Positions 18,905-27,016 of a stretch of 56,920 nucleotides of DNA are shown here, in pieces. The translations under genes were made by a program, and so were the position numbers. The notes below the pieces were generated by a model. It worked only from the letters and a program-made list of their open reading frames with translations, was not told the DNA's origin and ran no database searches. Location: positions 1-56,920 of the IMG/VR virus record IMGVR_UViG_3300039159_000083, one strand, 5' to 3'. The stretch's first letter is position 1, and every line of letters begins with the position of its first letter. The stretch is from a virus (Duplodnaviria; Caudoviricetes).

Positions 18905-19321
18905 TTAATTCTCTAGTATAGATAATAGGTCATAGTTATTCCTATTAGACCTTGCTGTTAAGTAATTGATTTGACTAGTAGATACTCCTCTTCTAGATAG
19001 AAGGCCCATTACCCTATAAGAACCCGTGTCTACTAATCCTGTCTCTGGTCTTATAGCAGTGGGTAAACATTCATTAGGATTACTACTAAGTAAATCTAAT
19101 CTCTTAGATGCTACGGCTAGTAACTCCTTATCATTAAATAAGGATAATTCTAAATGTTGTAGGAATATACCAAGAGCTATAAGATTATTAGGTTCTAAAT
19201 TGGGTAGCCGCTTATTTAATTCTTTAATCTTTCCTTCTACTTTCAATCCTCCTTGTCTAAATGGTGGAAGGGATTCAGTAGGGGGCAACTTATTAATAAA
19301 TGAGAGTATATCTTCTTCCAT
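18905..19321 (-). CDS. Hypothetical protein
   Basis: 138-aa ORF; first gene after the terminator at 19436-19462. Confidence 0.6.
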   Translation of the reverse strand: MEEDILSFINKLPPTESLPPFRQGGLKVEGKIKELNKRLPNLEPNNLIALGIFLQHLELSLFNDKELLAVASKRLDLLSSNPNECLPTAIRPETGLVDTGSYRVMGLLSRRGVSTSQINYLTARSNRNNYDLLSILEN

Positions 19322-19325
19322 GGTC

Positions 19326-19358
19326 TAGGATTAATATAGGATTAGTATAGGATTAATA
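19326..19358. repeat. 11-mer tandem repeat, three units
   Basis: TAGGATTAATA TAGGATTAGTA TAGGATTAATA, immediately upstream of ATG 19321. Confidence 0.8.
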
Positions 19359-19435
19359 GGGTATATAAGAGATTCTATAACCTGTATTAGGGCTAAGGTG
19401 TGTGCATATAAGTGAATGACATTAATATAAATAGG

Positions 19436-19462
19436 AAAAAGGGGGCCATTTCTAGCCCCCTT
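19436..19462 (-). terminator. Rho-independent terminator after the 1031-aa fibre gene
   Basis: Minus strand AAGGGGGC-TAGAAATG-GCCCCCTTTTT. Confidence 0.8.
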
Positions 19463-19496
19463 CATTAGGGTTTCCAACGTTTAAGTCTATTTAGGC

Positions 19497-22400
19497 TTAT
19501 GCACCAGCAGAGATTGCACTAACACTTAGAGGGCCAGTAGGTCCACCGAATGTAAGTGTAAAGCTGTTAGCTGATTGAGAAACATTAGAAGGAACTTCAA
19601 CTTCACCAGCGTTATCTACACAGAATACCAACACACGTTGAGTAGCTGTTAGACCCAAGTTATGGGTGATAGTAACCGCGTAGTTAGGGCCAGCACCAAC
19701 TATGGTTGGGGTAATAGGGGCACTGGTAGTAAAGCTCCTAGGAATACCTAAGTTAACCTGAGCCGCAGCTAATGTGGTAGCACCTGTACCACCTTTAGCT
19801 AGGGTTAGAACACCACCTAGGTTAGGAAGAAGGATGTTAGCTTCAACTACATCTAAGGTAACTGTAGAGGCGCCGCCTACTACAACTACTTTATTGGTGG
19901 CCGCTTCTAAACCTTTAAGATTTAGAGTGAAACCAGTTCCAGCTACGCCTGTTCTATCTCTGAAGATAGATACACCACCAGCAGAAGCTGCGGTAGTAAC
20001 ACCATTCAAGTTAAAGAGAGCAGCACCAGCAGTAATAGCATTGGTACCACCTTTAGCTATAGATAGCACACCACCTAAGGCATCTAGGTCTAGTTGAGCT
20101 TCATTAACTGAGAAGGTAACATCATTACCAGAGGAAGCAACAGCAACTTTAGGGCCACCAGTTATACCATCTAGAAGAGATGCAAGTCCTTTGAATTCAA
20201 GAAGGTTAGTAGCACCCGATGTATTCTTACTAAGGAAGATGGATTGTCCAGCACCCAAGTTAGAAGCATTGGCTACACCACCAAGATTCTTTAGACCTTG
20301 ATCAGCAGTAATAGCATTAGTACCACCTTTAGCAATGGTGAGAACACCACTCAAGTTATTGATGGGGATTTGAGTCTCATCAATATCAATAGCTAAATCA
20401 AAAGGTGTAGCGCTAGTAGTAACTTTAGGAGAACCAGCTAGAACTCCTTTCATGTACTGTCTACTAGAATCAGCCCCATCTCTAGCTCCTACTATGGTAG
20501 CTCCAGTGGAAGAAGGTTCTTTAAGAACTGTACCTATAGCACCAAGATTACGTAGTGCTTGAATAGCAGTAGCAGCATTAGTACCACCTTTAGCAATAGG
20601 AGTAATACCAGTAATCTTAGAAGTGGTTATATCAAGAGCGCCACCTAAGTTTTGTAGCAATAGGTTAGCTTCTACTACATCAAAAGTGATAGTAGTAGCA
20701 GTTTCTTGAACCGCAGCTCTGTTACCAGTAGCAGCTAGTAAAGTTCTTAAGTTTAGGTCGGTATTAGAATCCTTACTGATAAAGACTCTAGCAGCTCCAC
20801 CAACGTTAAGAGCAGTACGAGCGGCATCAATATTAACTCTTGCATCTATTGCAGTAGTAGCATTAGTACCACCCTGATCAATTCTCATTGGAGCAGTGAA
20901 GGGAGCACTTAGGCTAGTAATGTCAGCGTTAGCCCCAGACTTAGCAGTCTGTAGGTTAGTTCTAGCAGTAGAAGGGTCAGAAGCACCAGTACCACCTTGA
21001 GTAACACTGAGGGGTGTGGTTAGGCCAGTTAACTGAGTAATATCAGAGTTAACACCAGACTTAGCGGCTTGTAGGTTAATACGAGCATCAGCTATAGTAG
21101 AGGCTCCTGTACCACCTTGTGGGATGGAAAGAGGAGTAGTAAGACCTACTAGTTGGCTGATATCGCTATTGACTCCAGACTTAGCAGCTTGCAAGTTATT
21201 ACGAGCTTGAGCAGCTGTAGTAGCTCCAGTACCACCAAAGGTAAGGTCTACAGGAGTAGACTGCCATCTACCAGCGGTGACGGTACCAAGTGTATTAATA
21301 GATGTCTGACCAGGATAGATAGGGTCTATACCAATCTGATCAGGATAAGCAATTATCTCACCAGGTTTACCAATGGCATGGACAACATTACCAGTCTTGA
21401 TAAGACCATCGCCAGCACTAAACTGACCAGGTTGACCAAAGGTCAAGTTAGAGACACCTAAGACCACAGGGCCATTAGGACTAGTCATTAACCATTCAGT
21501 ATCAGAGAATGCTACGCCATCTTGAGCATATAGCATTACACCAGCAGATAGTTTATCACTAGTATCTGCATCAGGGGCTCTCATCCAAGCGCCAGCTTGA
21601 GCAACATAGATACCATTAGCTCTAGCATCTGATTGACCAGCAACCAAAACTCTATCGCCAATGTTAACAGTACGTCCATCAACTACCTGAGTACCAGCTA
21701 GAGATATACCAGATACTGCAACTACTCTAACAGGAGCTTTTACACTCACTTTAGATAGAAGCTCATCTACATACTGCTTGTTAGCTGCATCTTTAGGGGC
21801 AACGGGATCCTTTAGGTTACTAAACCCAAAGTTAACCATGCTGAAGTTATTGATGGGTGGTGTCAAGTCAGATAGAGAGATATTATCAATAGATGAATCT
21901 ACATATCTCTTGTTAGCTGCGTCTTGATCTAGAATAGGATTCTTAATATTAAGAAGTCTATTATTAGCTATATCTACATCACCAACAGGACTAGCCATCT
22001 GATCTAATCTATTGATTCTAACTGACTCATGAAAGTCAACAATAGTAGAGGCAGGTTGTACGCCTGTGTGATTCATCCTGTTAAGAGGATTTACTTCTAG
22101 CTTGGATAGCTTGATATTAGCAGAGGCTGAAATATCTCCATCTACAATAGCACCAGGAGCTATTGAAACTTCATTCGAGAAGCCACTAGAAACTAAGTCT
22201 CCAAATAGAGCAGGGATAATAACTGGAGAACCATTAGGAGCGCCACCAGGAACACCAGGAGCACCCACACCAGGAAACTCAACCCAACCAGTACCATTCC
22301 AGTAGTAAGCTCTCTTACTTAATAGGTTATAGTAAACATCACCTTCATTAGGGTTAGGAGGAGCCGCATTTCTAGCATTGAACTTCGACATTGAAAGAAT

Positions 22401-22592
22401 CTGTAGAAGAGCAGGACTCATCTCAATGGAGATAAAGTTCCTATAAGGGAAACTACCACTCATCATATAAATGAGCTCTTCCCTATCTTCTGACTTATCC
22501 ATATCAAGGTAATAGACACCACCTTGCTTTAAAGAAACTCTCTTACTGCCATATACATGGACAAAACTACGCAATACTGAGATCCGGATCAT
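19497..22592 (-). CDS. Long repeat-rich fibre protein (possibly head/neck fibre)
   Basis: PPNPNEGDVYYN, DAANKRYVD-type motif twice, GDRVLVAGQ...NGIY domain, eight GGTGA/GGTNA repeats and C-terminal VTITHNLG. AAGGAG RBS. Confidence 0.85.
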   Translation of the reverse strand: MIRISVLRSFVHVYGSKRVSLKQGGVYYLDMDKSEDREELIYMMSGSFPYRNFISIEMSPALLQILSMSKFNARNAAPPNPNEGDVYYNLLSKRAYYWNGTGWVEFPGVGAPGVPGGAPNGSPVIIPALFGDLVSSGFSNEVSIAPGAIVDGDISASANIKLSKLEVNPLNRMNHTGVQPASTIVDFHESVRINRLDQMASPVGDVDIANNRLLNIKNPILDQDAANKRYVDSSIDNISLSDLTPPINNFSMVNFGFSNLKDPVAPKDAANKQYVDELLSKVSVKAPVRVVAVSGISLAGTQVVDGRTVNIGDRVLVAGQSDARANGIYVAQAGAWMRAPDADTSDKLSAGVMLYAQDGVAFSDTEWLMTSPNGPVVLGVSNLTFGQPGQFSAGDGLIKTGNVVHAIGKPGEIIAYPDQIGIDPIYPGQTSINTLGTVTAGRWQSTPVDLTFGGTGATTAAQARNNLQAAKSGVNSDISQLVGLTTPLSIPQGGTGASTIADARINLQAAKSGVNSDITQLTGLTTPLSVTQGGTGASDPSTARTNLQTAKSGANADITSLSAPFTAPMRIDQGGTNATTAIDARVNIDAARTALNVGGAARVFISKDSNTDLNLRTLLAATGNRAAVQETATTITFDVVEANLLLQNLGGALDITTSKITGITPIAKGGTNAATAIQALRNLGAIGTVLKEPSSTGATIVGARDGADSSRQYMKGVLAGSPKVTTSATPFDLAIDIDETQIPINNLSGVLTIAKGGTNAITADQGLKNLGGVANASNLGAGQSIFLSKNTSGATNLLEFKGLASLLDGITGGPKVAVASSGNDVTFSVNEAQLDLDALGGVLSIAKGGTNAITAGAALFNLNGVTTAASAGGVSIFRDRTGVAGTGFTLNLKGLEAATNKVVVVGGASTVTLDVVEANILLPNLGGVLTLAKGGTGATTLAAAQVNLGIPRSFTTSAPITPTIVGAGPNYAVTITHNLGLTATQRVLVFCVDNAGEVEVPSNVSQSANSFTLTFGGPTGPLSVSAISAGA

Positions 22593-22660
22593 CTGTGCTC
22601 TACTCCTTTATTAATTAATGTTATACTTAAATTAGTTCTATATATAAGAAACCACAGAAC

Positions 22661-23893
22661 ATGCTTGATACAGTAGGCAAAAGGCAAGGTTATCTATCTG
22701 GCTCTATAGATGGAGATGGATATAGCATAAACTACGAATATGATAAGCCAGATAGGAGCAATACAGAGATAGTTAAAAGGGTGGGATTTACTAATACTGA
22801 CTTATCAATATTAGAAGCTTTTAAGTCCTGTCTTAATTCCTTGAACGTTAGCTATGGAATGAGTTCACAAAAGACCGTGACAAATAAGGATAGCTATAAC
22901 ATCTCCTGTTCTAATAAAGAAGGGCTATGTGTGTTATCTAGTAATACATACTTAAAGGTTTTATATAAGGAAGAGGCCCTAACTAAAACTTTAGAGTCTG
23001 TTTATCTTCATGGAGATAAACCTATAAAGTTATGTAGCTTTGAAGATATGGACTTCAAATTAGGCTGGCTGGCGGCTATGTTAGATTCTGAGGGTTGTAT
23101 CCTTTATAGCAAAACTAACTACTCAATAAGGATATGTAATACGGACTTAGAAGTTATTGAGTATTGTCAACAGATATTAGAAAGCTTGCATATAGCCTAT
23201 AAAACTTACTCTCATAATAAACAGAATAAAGATGGAATAGTTAGAAAGCCTACACATCAAGTTTGTATATTACAAGCCAAACATATATTAAGGTTTAGTA
23301 GCTTAGTGCCTATCCAATCTGAAAGGAAGATAGAGAAACTAAAAGATCTATGTACTTATTTAAGTAGAGATAAATATAGATTTTCCACAGAAGAACTTGC
23401 TAGGATGCATGTAGAAGAAGGTCTTAGCTTCTCAGAGATAGGTAGAAGATTAGGTGTTGGCGAGTGTAGGTCAGGAGGTTTGGCTAAGCAGGTAAGGGAA
23501 GGAGGGTATGTAGTCAACACTATAAAATCTAGAGGGCCTTATGCAGCTTTGGATGTTAATGACTCTCAGCTTAAGGAGGTCTATGATAGACTTCTGAAGG
23601 GTGAATCAATGAGCCAGATACTTATCTCTATGGGCTTTAAAGCTAATAGAGGTACTACTATATATAAACTATTAGACTCTAAAGGTTATAAAGTAGATAG
23701 CGGTCATGGAAAACTATATAAATTATTAGATACATTGGGAGCAGAAGAGATTATAAAAAGGTTGGACTTAGGAGTTACAGCTTCTAGAATACTTAGAGAT
23801 GCTGGAATTGAAACTAGGTCTACAACTTCTTTGTTTAACTATCTAGAAAAAGCTGGTCATGATGTAACTAAGTATAGAAGAAAGAAGAACTAA
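22661..23893 (+). CDS. Free-standing double-motif LAGLIDADG homing endonuclease with C-terminal HTH repeats
   Basis: GYLSGSIDGDG...FTNTD and GWLAAMLDSEGC...ICNTD; C-terminal GLSFSEIGRRLGV HTH. Confidence 0.85.
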   Translation: MLDTVGKRQGYLSGSIDGDGYSINYEYDKPDRSNTEIVKRVGFTNTDLSILEAFKSCLNSLNVSYGMSSQKTVTNKDSYNISCSNKEGLCVLSSNTYLKVLYKEEALTKTLESVYLHGDKPIKLCSFEDMDFKLGWLAAMLDSEGCILYSKTNYSIRICNTDLEVIEYCQQILESLHIAYKTYSHNKQNKDGIVRKPTHQVCILQAKHILRFSSLVPIQSERKIEKLKDLCTYLSRDKYRFSTEELARMHVEEGLSFSEIGRRLGVGECRSGGLAKQVREGGYVVNTIKSRGPYAALDVNDSQLKEVYDRLLKGESMSQILISMGFKANRGTTIYKLLDSKGYKVDSGHGKLYKLLDTLGAEEIIKRLDLGVTASRILRDAGIETRSTTSLFNYLEKAGHDVTKYRRKKN

Positions 23894-23908
23894 TTATATT
23901 AGATAACT

Positions 23909-23934
23909 GGGGGCACTATTTCAAGTGTCTTTTT
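23909..23934 (+). terminator. Possible weak intrinsic terminator after the endonuclease gene
   Basis: GGGGGCACT-ATTTCA-AGTGTCTTTTT, a stem with G-U pairs. Confidence 0.45.
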
Positions 23935-23949
23935 ATATAAGGAGTACAA

Positions 23950-24327
23950 ATGGTAAAAATAGATAACTTAAGAAATACTAAGATAGGAATCAGAGTTGAT
24001 AGAAGTTCTGCCCTTGGTAATCCTTTTGATCTAGTTAATACTAGAGATGTGGTTATGAGACTTAGAGTATGCAATGCTTATCAAGAATACTTTGACTTAA
24101 TAGAAAAGGGGGCCGAACCTATTAATATAGTAAAGCTTCTTTGTACTAAGTACTTTGTCAGTATTCATTCCACATGGAAAGCACCAAATAGAAGAATGTT
24201 CTTGGAAGCTCTTAGTGATATAGGAGCTAATGACACTCTTCTGTGCTGGTGCACTCCAGAGTTGTGTCATGCCTTAACTATAAAGGAATGGAAGGATTCT
24301 AATAAGTCCTTAGAAACAGATTCCTAA
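23950..24327 (+). CDS. DUF4326-family protein
   Basis: VDRSSALGNPF ... LLCWCTPELCHALTI signature. AAGGAG RBS at 23939-23944. Confidence 0.8.
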   Translation: MVKIDNLRNTKIGIRVDRSSALGNPFDLVNTRDVVMRLRVCNAYQEYFDLIEKGAEPINIVKLLCTKYFVSIHSTWKAPNRRMFLEALSDIGANDTLLCWCTPELCHALTIKEWKDSNKSLETDS

Positions 24328-27016
24328 AGAAGGAAGACTTATTAGTAGCGGTAGACATGTCTACCCTAATTACTATAGAGGTTCTATAGGAAAGTATCTC
24401 CTCTCCTGTATTATCATTTATGGTTGTTTCATAATTACTTAATCCTTCTATATACCAAGATCCCGTATATAGAAGAGAAGCGGCATCTAATAATAGAAGG
24501 GGCGACCTTTTTAATAACTTAGTCCATGTCTGAGTATTATTAGAACTGATATAGATATCTAAGTAATCTAACTTAGATATTGAATAATCCAGAGAGACTT
24601 CTACATTTCTATAAGAAGTATGGAAGTCTCTACTTTTTGATACCCAAGTACATAAAGGATTAGAACTAGAGCCGATAAATATAGAGGAACCTATATCTAT
24701 TACAGGTAAAGAATATAAAGGGTTATTAACAGATAGGGTTATCTGTTTACTTTTAGTCTTATCAAAGTTGCCAGCTAGAGTCTCTCCTAAATTATCCATA
24801 AGGGTAATGTCAGTCTCTACTGATATCTGGGCAGGGATATGATAATCAATATGAGAGAAATCTTTATCTGAAGATAACTCAATCTCCAAAGAGGATTCAT
24901 TACTATCTGAAGTATTGGTATCTATATTAATACAGAGTAACTTAGTATTATCTATTTCCCAACTAGAGGTAATTCCCTTAGTATGAAAAGAATTAAGACT
25001 AGGATTAAGCTGGGCTACATCATAAACACCTAATCTAACGTTATTAACATAACTATAAACTAGTAGACTATACTCATTATTTGTAAGGGTTATAGGATAA
25101 TCTAATGAAATACTAGAGACTCCAATGTTTAGATAATCCCTTAATAATAAATCTCCACTATATAAGACTTTATCCTCACAAGGAACACCTAATCTATTCT
25201 CTACTATGTTTAGACATAGAAGGGGTTTAGTGGGGTCTTGAATACTTATAGGTATAGAAGTAATTCTAACCCCTAACCTAGAAATGATACTACTTCCATT
25301 TATATAAAAAGATTGGGCCACCAACTTATTACTAGATATATAAGGTCTTATAGCTAGATTAGTATTACTAACCCCAGAAAAATTAGATACTAAATTAAGT
25401 CTTTCTGAATGTAGAATATCATTCGATCTTTTCAAGTAGATATGATAATTATCTGATATCTCTATATCAGGAGTTATAAAACTAACTTCTAATGTTCCAT
25501 TAACATCTGATCTAAGTTGTGAGGGATATATAAAAGTAGAGATTAATATCTGGTTTATATATAGGGAATAGGATGTAGAAGCTGACAATCCTTTATATCT
25601 TATAAATAAATTGGTAGGTCTAAGTTTATTAGTATCATCTTTATATATTGCTATTGGATAAATAGATGCTGTTATAGATGTAGCTAATAGGTTAATTGAA
25701 GAAGTTGCCCGCTCTTCTTTAATAGAAGAAACCCTAGATATAGATGGGTATAAATAAGAAGGGGAACCATTACTATTTATAACTCTAATGAAATTTACTC
25801 CTTTAATACTTGGCTTAAGTATTGAAGAGCTTAATGCACTCTGTACTCCTTTACTAGATATTAGAGCATTGAAAAGCGGATGATAGACATTGGAGTATTC
25901 TGGAGTAAGTAAAGGGTCTGAGTGTATATTTATTAATGAGTATTGGTTATCTTTATTCTGAGCTATAACTTGAGAGTATATGCTGGCTAGATTACTCCTA
26001 TTATTATTACTGGCCTCATCTAATAGGGATAAATCTTTATTAGATAAGGCCCTAGAAGTAGAAGGATTTATTTCTATTCCTTCTACTCCTTCTATTCCTA
26101 TAATTACTTGTGCCAATTCTATATAGGGCTTATATACTAATTCTCTAGATATGGTAGAAGTAACTTCTGATAATTCTAAGATAGGATCTTCATTAGTATT
26201 AGTAATAGTCACACCTTCACTATTACTAATATAGGTTAACTCCTGAGCTATATACGCCCCCACAAGACAGATAGATAGTATAGGTGTAGTATTTATCCTT
26301 ATAGAATAAGTACCTGCTATAGAGGGGATAGAGATTAGATGTGGATAATTTAGAGATACTCTTATTCCTTCTATATAGGCATGACCTGGAGTAATAGTTA
26401 AGGAAGTGGAATTAAGAGTATAAACTTGTAAACCTTTATCTATATAATTATCAGTTTCTTCTTTCCAACTGAGACTTAGTAAATCCTGTAGTTTAGATGT
26501 AATAGATGCAGATACTTCTAGCTTATCTTTTACTTTAGATATGTAAGCTATTGGATAACTATTAGCATTATTTATGGTTAACTTAGATTTGATATAACTA
26601 CGTTTAGCACCAATAGCTCCAGCAATAGGGCCAGCTATACTTGGGTCTAATAATATAGTTGAGTTATCTAATTCTAATAGATTAGATTCAATACCAATAT
26701 GGGAATCACCAAAGGGTAATGTGAGATAAGTGGCATTAATCTCTGATATATAGAATTGATCTTCTATCTCTAAGTAAAACTTACCTCCATTAATAAAGAT
26801 GGTTCTATTAGCTTGAGAAGTTATGGTAATATCTAATCCTTCTATTATATGAAAGGAATCATAAAAGTTAGATATTAATGCACGTGTATTATTATTAGCT
26901 ATTGATTGTAAGTCTAATAGGTCTTCTAACTGAGCCTTCTTATCAGCTCTAGGTAATAATCTAATCCAATCCTTATCTTTATTCCATCTATTACCTAACT
27001 CTTTATTAATAGACAT
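24299..27016 (-). CDS. DUF4815-like baseplate/receptor-binding protein, diverged paralogue
   Basis: Collinear with the upstream gene: WIRLLPRADKKAQLEDLLDLQS, LLDPSIAG, ITPGHAYIEG, LRSDVNG, VAQSFYI. Confidence 0.7.
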   Translation of the reverse strand: MSINKELGNRWNKDKDWIRLLPRADKKAQLEDLLDLQSIANNNTRALISNFYDSFHIIEGLDITITSQANRTIFINGGKFYLEIEDQFYISEINATYLTLPFGDSHIGIESNLLELDNSTILLDPSIAGPIAGAIGAKRSYIKSKLTINNANSYPIAYISKVKDKLEVSASITSKLQDLLSLSWKEETDNYIDKGLQVYTLNSTSLTITPGHAYIEGIRVSLNYPHLISIPSIAGTYSIRINTTPILSICLVGAYIAQELTYISNSEGVTITNTNEDPILELSEVTSTISRELVYKPYIELAQVIIGIEGVEGIEINPSTSRALSNKDLSLLDEASNNNRSNLASIYSQVIAQNKDNQYSLINIHSDPLLTPEYSNVYHPLFNALISSKGVQSALSSSILKPSIKGVNFIRVINSNGSPSYLYPSISRVSSIKEERATSSINLLATSITASIYPIAIYKDDTNKLRPTNLFIRYKGLSASTSYSLYINQILISTFIYPSQLRSDVNGTLEVSFITPDIEISDNYHIYLKRSNDILHSERLNLVSNFSGVSNTNLAIRPYISSNKLVAQSFYINGSSIISRLGVRITSIPISIQDPTKPLLCLNIVENRLGVPCEDKVLYSGDLLLRDYLNIGVSSISLDYPITLTNNEYSLLVYSYVNNVRLGVYDVAQLNPSLNSFHTKGITSSWEIDNTKLLCINIDTNTSDSNESSLEIELSSDKDFSHIDYHIPAQISVETDITLMDNLGETLAGNFDKTKSKQITLSVNNPLYSLPVIDIGSSIFIGSSSNPLCTWVSKSRDFHTSYRNVEVSLDYSISKLDYLDIYISSNNTQTWTKLLKRSPLLLLDAASLLYTGSWYIEGLSNYETTINDNTGEEILSYRTSIVIRVDMSTATNKSSFFRNLFLRTY

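Noticed and set aside
22593-23949. Group I intron housing the LAGLIDADG gene
   Set aside because: The flanks are only 68 and 56 nt of AT-rich sequence, no interrupted gene is evident, and there is no room for a ribozyme core.
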